From Candidatus Baldrarchaeota archaeon (GTDB lineage Archaea; Asgardarchaeota; Baldrarchaeia; Baldrarchaeales; DXJG01), in assembly GCA_019056805.1 (NCBI GenBank), contig DXJG01000001.1, positions 120,001-152,000 on the forward strand: 32,000 nucleotides of DNA. Reading direction: 5' to 3'. The notes under the pieces are model-generated. The model had not been told where the DNA came from. It saw nothing but the letters and a program-made list of their open reading frames with translations, and did not search any database. Below, in pieces: positions 16,760 through 25,808 of the stretch (within the stretch, counting starts at the first letter, position 1; every line of letters begins with the position of its first letter). The position numbers were made by a program, and so were the translations under genes.

Positions 16760-18451
16760 TTGGAGATACTCATAAAAAACGGATATGTTTATGACCCGAT
16801 AAACAAGATAGACGGCGAAAAAATGGACATAGCAGTCAAAGACGGAAAGATTGTAGAGTCAGTCGGTTCAAACGCCAAAGTAATAGATGCATCAAATATG
16901 TTAGTAATGCCGGGAGGAGTAGACATACATTCCCATATAGCAGGTTCAAAAGTGAATTCAGGACGAATACTAAGACCAGAAGATCACTATAAAGATGTAG
17001 AGCCAAGAACCACAGTAACAAGATCAGGAGTCGGTTACACGGTTCCTTCATCATATACAATAGGTTATCGATATGCAAAACTTGGATATACAACTGTAAT
17101 AGAGGCAGCATCACCTCCACTAAAAACAAGACATACACACGAAGAACTAAATGATATACCATTAATTGACAAAACCTGCTACCTTGTGCTTGATAATAAT
17201 TGGATTGTTCTAGATTATTTAAGCCAAGGAGAAATTGATAAATGTGCGGCGTTCATAGCATGGATTCTAAAAGCATTAAAAGGCTATGCTATAAAAATCG
17301 TTAATCCAGGAGGAGTAGAACTCTGGGGATGGGGGAGAAACGTAGAAAGCTTGGATGACCAAGTACCCCCCTTCAACATAACTCCACGAGAGATCGTTAG
17401 AGGATTATGTAAAATAAACAAAATACTCAATCTACCTCATACAATACATCTTCATACAAACAATCTCGGAAAACCTGGAAATTATCGCACAACCATAGAA
17501 ACTATGGATGCTGTAAAGGACTTAGCAGATGGAAAACCAAACATACATGTAACACATGTACAGTTTTGCGGATATGGTGGAGATACATGGATTACACTGA
17601 GGTCTGGAGCACCAGAAATAGCAAAATACGTAAATAATCATCCACATGTCACAATAGACCTAGGACAAGTAGTTTTCGGAGAAGCCACAACCATGACAGG
17701 TGACGGACCATTCCAGTTCATATTACAAAGTCTAACTGGAAACAAGTGGAAAAATGCAGATGTAGAGGCAGAGGGGAGTGCAGGAATTGTACCGTACAAA
17801 TTTAAACGTAAAAACTTCGTAAATGCAATACAGTGGACCATAGGGCTGGAATTAGCTCTTCTAATAAAAGATCCTTGGAGAGTGTTCTTAACAACAGATC
17901 ATCCAAATGCAGGACCATTTACGGAATATCCAAGGGTAATAGCTTGGTTAATGAGCACAAAAGCACGAGAAAAGACAATGGAAAGGATAAACAAAAGAGC
18001 CAAAAAACGGAGCGTATTACCTAGCGTGGACAGAGAATATACTTTCTATGAAATTGCCATAATAACAAGAGCTGCAACGGCAAAAGCTCTAAATCTAACA
18101 AATAAGGGACATTTAGGTGTAGGAGCAGACGCAGATATAGCAATATACAATATAAATCCGATGGAAGTAAATCCATCAAAAGAATACAAAAAAGTTAGAA
18201 AGGCGCTTAGAAGGGCAGCATATACCATAAAGGGAGGAGAGATCATAGTTAAGGATGGGGAAATTGTTAAATCATTTGTAGGGGAGACGTTCTGGGTAAA
18301 ACCAACAATGCCTGAAGAACTAGAGAAGGAAATTTTAAGAGAAGTTGCAGAGAAGTTCAAAGAATACTACACGGTGTCGCTTGAAAACTACATCATAGGA
18401 GAACATGAATTAGCCCGCTCAAGGTCAATAACAGTAAATACTTCCCTTTAG
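16760..18451 (+). CDS. fwdA: Formylmethanofuran dehydrogenase subunit A (binuclear amidohydrolase)
   Basis: GGVDIHSHIAG, AIKIVNPGG, HLHTNNLG, HVTHVQF, TTDHPNAGPF, GHLGVGADADIA. Confidence 0.97.
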   Translation: MEILIKNGYVYDPINKIDGEKMDIAVKDGKIVESVGSNAKVIDASNMLVMPGGVDIHSHIAGSKVNSGRILRPEDHYKDVEPRTTVTRSGVGYTVPSSYTIGYRYAKLGYTTVIEAASPPLKTRHTHEELNDIPLIDKTCYLVLDNNWIVLDYLSQGEIDKCAAFIAWILKALKGYAIKIVNPGGVELWGWGRNVESLDDQVPPFNITPREIVRGLCKINKILNLPHTIHLHTNNLGKPGNYRTTIETMDAVKDLADGKPNIHVTHVQFCGYGGDTWITLRSGAPEIAKYVNNHPHVTIDLGQVVFGEATTMTGDGPFQFILQSLTGNKWKNADVEAEGSAGIVPYKFKRKNFVNAIQWTIGLELALLIKDPWRVFLTTDHPNAGPFTEYPRVIAWLMSTKAREKTMERINKRAKKRSVLPSVDREYTFYEIAIITRAATAKALNLTNKGHLGVGADADIAIYNINPMEVNPSKEYKKVRKALRRAAYTIKGGEIIVKDGEIVKSFVGETFWVKPTMPEELEKEILREVAEKFKEYYTVSLENYIIGEHELARSRSITVNTSL

Positions 18452-18453
18452 AG

Positions 18454-19290
18454 GTGAAAGAATTGGGTGAAATAATATTAAAACCAAAAGTAGCATTTAA
18501 AGTACCGATAATTGCTGAGACGATAACTCCAGACAATTTTGCAGGAAAATCTATCAAGGAAATAGAAGATTTGGAAGCATGGGAAGGAAATAGGAAAACA
18601 ACTCTCGGAGAACTATTTGAAATCACTGGAGCTCCTGGAGAAACACCGAAAGACACAAAGATAATTATCGAAGGCGACGTAAAAAAGGTTAAAAAAATAG
18701 GCTGTAAAATGACAGATGGAGAAATTATAATTAAAGGATCCGTAGGAATGTATTTAGGCGAGGAGATGAAAGGCGGTAAAATAACCGTAGAGGGGGATGC
18801 AGATTCCTGGATAGGAACAAGAATGAAGGGAGGACAAATAGAAGTCAAAGGAAACGCTGGAGATTACATCGGAGCTCCCTACCGTGGAGACACAAAGGGT
18901 ATGAAAAAAGGCACCATAATAATACATGGAAATGCTGGAAATGAAGTAGGATGTTGGATGAGAGGGGGAACAATAATAGTAAAAGGAAACACGGGACTTT
19001 TCCCCGGAATACATATGAAGAAAGGTACAATACTAATTGAAGGGGATTGTGCAGGAAGATGCGGAGCCATGATGAAAGGCGGTAAAATAGCAGTTTTAGG
19101 CTATGTTCCTTCAATTCTTCCAAGTTTTACTTTCGAAGAAATCAAAAAATCCTTTAAGATCAAAGGGGAGAAAATTAAAGGACCATTCTACGTTTTTACG
19201 GGCGATCTAAATGAAAACGGAGCAGGAAGACTGCATGTTTCGGTAGAGAAAAATAAACATCTTCAATTCTATGAAAAGTTTCTGGAATGA
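18454..19290 (+). CDS. fwdC: Formylmethanofuran dehydrogenase subunit C
   Basis: GNRKTTLGELF followed by beta-helix repeats (MKGGKITVEGDA, MRGGTIIVKGN, GAMMKGG). Confidence 0.95.
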   Translation: MKELGEIILKPKVAFKVPIIAETITPDNFAGKSIKEIEDLEAWEGNRKTTLGELFEITGAPGETPKDTKIIIEGDVKKVKKIGCKMTDGEIIIKGSVGMYLGEEMKGGKITVEGDADSWIGTRMKGGQIEVKGNAGDYIGAPYRGDTKGMKKGTIIIHGNAGNEVGCWMRGGTIIVKGNTGLFPGIHMKKGTILIEGDCAGRCGAMMKGGKIAVLGYVPSILPSFTFEEIKKSFKIKGEKIKGPFYVFTGDLNENGAGRLHVSVEKNKHLQFYEKFLE

Positions 19291-19309
19291 CATGTAAGGA
19301 GGAATTAAA

Positions 19310-20278
19310 ATGCCTAAATTAAGCGTTAATGTGGAAGCGAAAAAAATTGTTGAAAAAATGATTGAAAATAGTAATTTGCTTAACATAAAAGTCGAAAAAA
19401 CACCATCGGGAGCAACAATTATAGATGCAGGAGTCGAAGTTAAAGGAGGGTTACTCGCCGGTAAATTCGTAACTGACATCTGTTTAGGAGGACTAGGAGA
19501 AACCCAACTGACCCAAGTTCCTTATGGAGATGTAGAGCTTCCCTCAATCTTTGTTGCTACAGATCATCCAGCTGTATCAACACTTGGTTCGCAGTTTGCA
19601 GGCTGGAGAATAAAAGTAGGCAAATATTTCGGTATGGGGTCTGGACCAGCTAGAGCTTTATCCTTAAAACCAAAAAAACTTTACGAAGAAATCGAATATG
19701 AAGACGAAGCAGATGTGGCTGTAATAGTTTTGGAATCTGATGAAAAACCAACAGAAGAGGCTCTAAAATATATTGCAGAAGAATGCAAAGTATCGATAGA
19801 AAATGTTTACGCCGTAGTTACACCAACTTCTAGTATAGCCGGATCCGTTCAAATATCTGGCCGGGTCGTTGAAACAGGTATACACAAAATTGCCGAAGTA
19901 GGTTTCGATCCAAAGAAGATTTTATACGCTTCCGGCTATGCACCAATAGCTCCCGTACATCCAAAATCCATAAAAGCTATGGGAAGAACAAACGATATGA
20001 TCCTCTACGGTGGGGTCGTTAAATTAATTGTCGAATACGATGACGATGAAAAACTAAAGGAGTACGTAGCAAAAGTTCCATCATGTACATCAAGAGACTA
20101 TGGTCGGCCCTTCTATGACATATTTAAAGCAGCTGAATTTGATTTCTATAAAATCAGCCCAGACTTGTTTGCACCAGCAAAAATAATCGTAAACAATGTA
20201 AAAACAGGGTCAACGTTTGTTGCAGGATACATTAACACAGAAGTTATACAACAATCAATAAAATTACAAAAACTATAA
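19310..20278 (+). CDS. mch: Methenyl-H4MPT cyclohydrolase
   Basis: IDAGV, CLGGLG, TDHPAVSTLGSQFAGW, GSGPARAL, GSVQISGRVVETG, MGRTNDMILYGG, DLFAPA; GGAGG SD. Confidence 0.96.
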   Translation: MPKLSVNVEAKKIVEKMIENSNLLNIKVEKTPSGATIIDAGVEVKGGLLAGKFVTDICLGGLGETQLTQVPYGDVELPSIFVATDHPAVSTLGSQFAGWRIKVGKYFGMGSGPARALSLKPKKLYEEIEYEDEADVAVIVLESDEKPTEEALKYIAEECKVSIENVYAVVTPTSSIAGSVQISGRVVETGIHKIAEVGFDPKKILYASGYAPIAPVHPKSIKAMGRTNDMILYGGVVKLIVEYDDDEKLKEYVAKVPSCTSRDYGRPFYDIFKAAEFDFYKISPDLFAPAKIIVNNVKTGSTFVAGYINTEVIQQSIKLQKL

Positions 20279-20445
20279 CCCATTTCTTTTATTTGTTTTC
20301 TAAATTTAAAATTGAAGTACACTACAGATTAGATTATTAAATACTATTTTTACTTAGAACTTGACTTGACATAGATCAAGTAACATGTAAAATAGGAACT
20401 AAAATAAGTGTTAGAAGTATGCTATTTTCTGGAGGCACTAACAAC

Positions 20446-21327
20446 ATGGTAAAGATCGGAATACTAACTAGGAACCCAGAAGCTTGGTGTTCAATGAATC
20501 TCATAAAAGCTTTTGAAAAACTAGGAGCAGAACCTGTATGTCTTCGATTTTCTAGACTTGTTGCAAAAGTAGGATCTAAACCGGTGGTTTATCACGAAGA
20601 CATTAATGTACTTGAAGAACTAGGAGCTTTGGTTATCCGCCCCATAGGTAGAGGGTCATTAGATGAATGTATATTCAGAATGGACATTTTACATAGACTT
20701 ACCCGACTGGGTCTCCCAGTAATAAATCATCCCTCGGCAATAGAAAAATGCATAGACAAATATTACGCTTTAACAATTTTAGAAGAACATGGAATCCCAG
20801 TACCAAAAACGGTTGTAACAGAAAGCGCCGAAGAAGCATTAAAAGCCTTTCATGAACTAGGAGGAGACGTAGTAATAAAACCACTATTTGGTTCAAGAGG
20901 AGTTGGTATAACAAGAATTTCGGATCCAGAAATAGCAACAAGAATATTTAGAGCTCTACAATTCACACATAACGTCTTGTACATACAGGAGTTTATACCA
21001 CATGGCACAAGAGATATCAGAGCGTTTGTAATAAACGAAGAAGTCGTAGCATCCATGTACAGAGAAGGAAGAAGCTGGAAAACAAATGTAGCGCAAGGAG
21101 CAGTACCAAAAATGTTAAAATTAGTGGGAGAAGCTGAAGAACTGGCTATAAAAGCTACAAAGGTAGTGGGGTGTGAAATAGCTGGAGTAGATATTTTAGA
21201 AGGTCCTAATGGACTCTACATAGTGGAGATAAACAGTCAGCCCGGATGGCGTGGAATACAAACAGTGACAAAAGTAAACATTGCAGAAGCAATAGCAAAA
21301 TATGTAATTGAAAGAGCAAAAAGGTAA
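20446..21327 (+). CDS. RimK/MptN (Orf5/MyfB-like) ATP-grasp alpha-L-glutamate ligase
   Basis: DKYY, VIKPLFGSRGVG, YIQEFI, DIRAFV, WKTNVAQG, AGVDILE, EINSQPGW; GGAGG 10 nt upstream of the ATG at 20446. Confidence 0.85.
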   Translation: MVKIGILTRNPEAWCSMNLIKAFEKLGAEPVCLRFSRLVAKVGSKPVVYHEDINVLEELGALVIRPIGRGSLDECIFRMDILHRLTRLGLPVINHPSAIEKCIDKYYALTILEEHGIPVPKTVVTESAEEALKAFHELGGDVVIKPLFGSRGVGITRISDPEIATRIFRALQFTHNVLYIQEFIPHGTRDIRAFVINEEVVASMYREGRSWKTNVAQGAVPKMLKLVGEAEELAIKATKVVGCEIAGVDILEGPNGLYIVEINSQPGWRGIQTVTKVNIAEAIAKYVIERAKR

Positions 21328-21330
21328 CTG

Positions 21331-22290
21331 GTGGCATCAATGCCAAAAGATACTGAAGAGATTATTAATAAAGTAGTGCAGTCAGCACAATTGGCAATGA
21401 TTCTTGAAGTAAGTGCTTATCCAAAACCTGGAAATGTACATAGAACGGCAGACTTTAAAGATACAACATACGAACATTTCTTGGCTTCGGCAATAGCGGT
21501 ATTACCTCAACTGCAAAAAGCAGCTAAAATGGGAGTTAAAGTTGCCCTATCTGAAATATCTCCTTCTCAAGCTGAGATAGGTAACATTATAAAAGAGGGG
21601 GTCATTGAGACAGCAAAATGGCAGAAAGGAGGAAATACAAATTTAGGGGTTCTCATACTTATGATTCCACTGATTATGGCAGAAACATACACACTTACGA
21701 AAAATCAAGAGTTAAAAAAACTTAGAAAAAATATTAAGCTATTTACTGAGGCAACAACACCTACTGACGCAATAAACTTGTACGAAGCCATAAAAATTGC
21801 AAAACCAGGAGGATTAGGAAAAACTAACTACCTAGATGTTACAGATCCAAAATCAACCAAGCAAATTATAAATCAGAAAATATCATTGTATAAAATTTTT
21901 GAAAAGTCAGCAAGCTACGATAAAATAGCCGAGGAATGGATTACAAATTATAAAATAACTTTTGAAATTGGGGCACCGTATTTACAAAGAGTGTATAAAG
22001 AAACTGGTAACACAAATATAGCGATAGTGCATACTTTTCTAAAAATTCTATCTACAATACCAGATACGTTAATTGCTAGGAAAACAAATTTCACTATGGC
22101 CCGAAAAATTTCTGAAAAGGCAAAACAAATTTTAGAACTAGGAGGCTTAACAACTGAAAGAGGAACAAAACTTCTATGGGAGTTCGATAAAGAATTAAGA
22201 AAGGAAGGTAACAAACTTAACCCGGGTACAACAGCGGACTTAACGGCATCAAGTCTCATGATTACAATATTTAACGGCTTCAAACCATAA
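21331..22290 (+). CDS. citG: CitG-family triphosphoribosyl-dephospho-CoA synthase-like protein (Orf7-like)
   Basis: LEVSAYPKPGNVHR, NTNLG, PDTLIARK, NPGTTADLTAS. Confidence 0.85.
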   Translation: MASMPKDTEEIINKVVQSAQLAMILEVSAYPKPGNVHRTADFKDTTYEHFLASAIAVLPQLQKAAKMGVKVALSEISPSQAEIGNIIKEGVIETAKWQKGGNTNLGVLILMIPLIMAETYTLTKNQELKKLRKNIKLFTEATTPTDAINLYEAIKIAKPGGLGKTNYLDVTDPKSTKQIINQKISLYKIFEKSASYDKIAEEWITNYKITFEIGAPYLQRVYKETGNTNIAIVHTFLKILSTIPDTLIARKTNFTMARKISEKAKQILELGGLTTERGTKLLWEFDKELRKEGNKLNPGTTADLTASSLMITIFNGFKP

Positions 22291-22461
22291 TTATATACTC
22301 GTAAAATTATTGATGATACTATTCAAATTCAAATTTAATAGTTTAAAAATAATTTATTTCAATGTTTTAAAATTATCTTGTTGCTACTAAAAATATAATA
22401 ATGAAAGAAGAATTGATTTGGTAATTGATGGTAATTTAAAATGTAAAGACGGGGGAACATT

Positions 22462-22800
22462 ATGATAGAACATTATAGTTTTGGACGAATAATTGTTAAC
22501 GGTAAGGAGTATACTAGAGATCTCATAATATATCCTGAAAAGATACATCCAAACTGGTGGAGAAAAGAAGGTCATAAATTACACATAGAAGACATAAAAG
22601 AGGTATTAGAGTATAGACCAGAGATACTTATAGTGGGAACAGGGTACTCAGGACTCATGAAGGTACCAAAAGAAGTAAAGGAAAAAATAGAAGAAATAGG
22701 AATAAAATTGATAGTACAAAAAACAAAAGAAGCTTGTGAAACCTACAATCAACTTCACAAAGAACATAAAACAGTAGCAGCCTTACACCTAACATGTTAA
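22462..22800 (+). CDS. Mth938-like (DUF498/DUF598) domain protein
   Basis: IEHYSFGRIIVNG, DLII, WWRKEGH, PEILIVGTG, TKEACETYN, AALHLTC. Confidence 0.9.
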   Translation: MIEHYSFGRIIVNGKEYTRDLIIYPEKIHPNWWRKEGHKLHIEDIKEVLEYRPEILIVGTGYSGLMKVPKEVKEKIEEIGIKLIVQKTKEACETYNQLHKEHKTVAALHLTC

Positions 22801-23040
22801 AATATCCTAACGTTATGATGTTCTTCTTCTAGATTTCCGATTTTACTAATCTTCGCTATACATGCTCGTTACTGTCTAGCTTAATTAATGGGTAAAGACG
22901 ATAGATTTGATTATCAATTCTAAAGGAGCGTCCGACATTATAAAGAAAAAGAGCGAACAATGTCAAAAGCCAAGAGAAGAATTTAAATAGGTAAACAAAA
23001 TCAACAATTAAGAGCTTACGATCACTTACCTGACGGAGGC

Positions 23041-25482
23041 ATGCATGTGAAAAATAAACAAGAAGCATTAATTCTATGGTTTGAGGAACTGACAAAAGAA
23101 GATACTTCAATAGTAGGAGGAAAAAACGCAAACTTAGGAGAACTTATGTCAAAAGCAAAGGTACCAGTGCCACCAGGATTTGCTGTAACAGCAGCAGCAT
23201 ATAGAAGATTTTTGGAAGACACAGGGATAGCTAACGAAATCTATCAAATTTTAAAAGAAACAGACATAGATAACCTAGAGCAGTTAGAAAAGGCTTCACA
23301 AAAAATACGTGAACTAATAGAGACAACACCAATGCCAGAATACATTCAAAAAGCAATAATTGATGCTTATAGAGATCTATGTCAAAGAACAGGTCAAGAA
23401 AATGTAAATGTAGCGGTAAGAAGCAGCGCAACAGCAGAAGACCTACCGGGAGCATCCTTTGCAGGACAGCAAGAAACTTTTCTAAATGTGTCAGGTGAAA
23501 AAGAAGTAGTAGAGAAAGTACAGAAATGTTGGAGTTCTCTATTCACTCCAAGAGCAATATCATACCGAGAATCTAAAGGATTTCGCCACGAAGACGTTTT
23601 AATCAGTGTTGCAGTGCAACAAATGGTAGATGCAAAAGCAGCAGGGGTCATGTTTACTCTACATCCAGCAACAGGAGATCTAGATAAAATAATGATAGAA
23701 GCAAATTGGGGCTTAGGAGAATCTGTAGTATCTGGTGCAGTGACACCAGACACATATATAGTAGATAAAAAGACCCTAAAAATACTAGAAAAACACATCG
23801 CAGAAAAAAAGGTGGAGTATATAAGAGATCCTAAAACAGGGAAGACTATACACGCAGAGGTGCCACCAGAAAGAAGAAACATACCTGCATTAACCGATGA
23901 AGAAATTATAGAATTAGCAAAATATGGGGTACAAATAGAAAATCATTATCAACATCCACAAGATATAGAATGGGCTATAGACCGCCATACCGGGAAAATT
24001 TACATTTTACAAGCAAGACCAGAAACAGTATGGTCTTTAAAACAAGTACCTGCAACACCAACAGCAACTCAAGAAGCAACGACAACGGAAAGACAGGTGT
24101 TAGTAAAAGGATTACCTGTATCACCAGGAATAGGTATAGGAAAAGCATTAGTATTCCTCGATGCAAAAGAAGCAATAGAAGCAATGGAAGAAAACGCAGT
24201 CCTAGTAACGAAAATGACAACACCAGACTGGGTTCCAGCGATGAAAAAGGCTTCAGCAATCGTAACAGATGAAGGCGGATATACATGCCATGCAGCAATA
24301 GTATCACGAGAACTAGGAGTACCATGTATCGTAGGAACGGGAAATGGAACCCAGGTACTTAAGGATATTGGAATAGTAACTGTAGATGGAACACATGGAG
24401 TAGTTTACAAAGGAGCAATCAAAGAAGAGGTAGAAAAAGCAGAAGCTGCTGCAGCAGCACCAACAACGGTAGCAGTAGCACAACCAGTAACAGCAACAAA
24501 AATCTATGTAAACATTTCAATTCCAGAAATAGCAGAAAAAGTAGCAAAAGAAACACAAGCAGATGGAGTAGGACTACTTAGAGCAGAACACCTCATGTTA
24601 TCCATTGGCAAACACCCACGAAAGCTTATTGAGGAAGGCGGAGAACAAGAAATGATCGATAAATTTGCAGAGGGCATTAGACAAGTAGCACAAGCCTTCT
24701 ACCCGAAACCAGTAGTCTACAGAGCACTAGACTTTAAACCAGACGAATTTTTAGAGCTTGAAGGTGGCAAAAAATACGAGCTAGAAGCAGGACACGTGGG
24801 ACCAAACCCCATGATAGGTTACAGAGGTTGCTACAGATACATAAAGGAACCAGAAATATTCAGACTAGAACTCCGAGCTATTAAAAAAGTAAGAGACGAG
24901 TATAGACTTAAAAACGTATGGCTTATGATTCCTTTCGTAAGAACACTAGAAGAGTTTGAAGAAGCAAAGAAAATAATGAAGGAAGAAGGATTAGACCCTG
25001 AAAAAGACCCAGATTTTCAATTATGGATAATGGTAGAAGTTCCCAGCACAGTATTCCTCATAGAAGAGTTCTGTAAAGCTGGAATTCAAGGAGTTAGTTT
25101 TGGAACAAACGACTTAACAATGCTTATATTAGGAATAGATAGAAACGACGCAGCAGTTCAAGAGCTTTATGACGAAAGGAACCTAGCAGTTTTACGAGCC
25201 TTAGCATATGTCATTAAGATTTGTAAGAAATACGGTGTAACCACAAGTATATGTGGCCAAGCTCCATCAGTATATCCAGATTATCTAGAGTTTCTAGTAC
25301 GTATGGGAGCTACTAGTATTTCTGTTAACCCTGATGCTGTTATTGAAGCCCGACGTATGGTTGCTATGATTGAACAACGCATTTTAATGGAGAAAGCCAC
25401 TGGTAAATATCGAAAAAGAGTTGGCAAGAACTTTATGGACGAAGTAGAATTCTGGAAACTTGTACCAGAAGACGACGAGTAA
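23041..25482 (+). CDS. ppsA: Phosphoenolpyruvate synthase (pyruvate,water dikinase)
   Basis: VGGKNANLGE, AVRSSATAEDLPGASFAGQQET, DIEWA, QARPET, CHAAIVSRELG phospho-His motif, GVGLLRAE, SFGTNDL, SICGQAPS; GGAGG SD. Confidence 0.96.
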   Translation: MHVKNKQEALILWFEELTKEDTSIVGGKNANLGELMSKAKVPVPPGFAVTAAAYRRFLEDTGIANEIYQILKETDIDNLEQLEKASQKIRELIETTPMPEYIQKAIIDAYRDLCQRTGQENVNVAVRSSATAEDLPGASFAGQQETFLNVSGEKEVVEKVQKCWSSLFTPRAISYRESKGFRHEDVLISVAVQQMVDAKAAGVMFTLHPATGDLDKIMIEANWGLGESVVSGAVTPDTYIVDKKTLKILEKHIAEKKVEYIRDPKTGKTIHAEVPPERRNIPALTDEEIIELAKYGVQIENHYQHPQDIEWAIDRHTGKIYILQARPETVWSLKQVPATPTATQEATTTERQVLVKGLPVSPGIGIGKALVFLDAKEAIEAMEENAVLVTKMTTPDWVPAMKKASAIVTDEGGYTCHAAIVSRELGVPCIVGTGNGTQVLKDIGIVTVDGTHGVVYKGAIKEEVEKAEAAAAAPTTVAVAQPVTATKIYVNISIPEIAEKVAKETQADGVGLLRAEHLMLSIGKHPRKLIEEGGEQEMIDKFAEGIRQVAQAFYPKPVVYRALDFKPDEFLELEGGKKYELEAGHVGPNPMIGYRGCYRYIKEPEIFRLELRAIKKVRDEYRLKNVWLMIPFVRTLEEFEEAKKIMKEEGLDPEKDPDFQLWIMVEVPSTVFLIEEFCKAGIQGVSFGTNDLTMLILGIDRNDAAVQELYDERNLAVLRALAYVIKICKKYGVTTSICGQAPSVYPDYLEFLVRMGATSISVNPDAVIEARRMVAMIEQRILMEKATGKYRKRVGKNFMDEVEFWKLVPEDDE

Positions 25483-25808
25483 AAACACCAAAATCATTTC
25501 TTATTTTACCATCAAAAATTAGCGGTTAGACTAGTTGTTAAATCTATTACTTTTTATTTCTACTTTAAATAGCACAAATTTAAACATGTGTCTAACTGAA
25601 GCCTATACGAATTAATTTTTCCTACTTTTAAAAACTATTAATTACTTAATTTTACAAATCTTGTAGCTGTAAAAGGAGAATACGAGACTATATTGTTTGT
25701 ATGAAGATTTTAGAACGTTTTAAATATAATTCCCAAGGAGGGAAGTTCCGTAATTGATATATTTTTGTGTTGCTTTAAGTTATTTATATCGGGTTGGAGG
25801 TTGTATAA

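Noticed and set aside
20364-20381. Inverted repeat ACTTGA-n6-TCAAGT upstream of the ATP-grasp gene
   Set aside because: Only 6-bp arms in AT-rich DNA with no second copy found; compatible with chance.
22801-23040. Possible sRNA or small ORFs (ATGATG C-box-like motif; MGKDDRFDYQF) upstream of ppsA
   Set aside because: No matching D box and only 8-11-codon ORFs without support.
24440-24490. Ala/Thr-rich low-complexity stretch in PpsA (AEAAAAAPTTVAVA)
   Set aside because: Ordinary flexible linker flanking the swivelling phospho-His domain.
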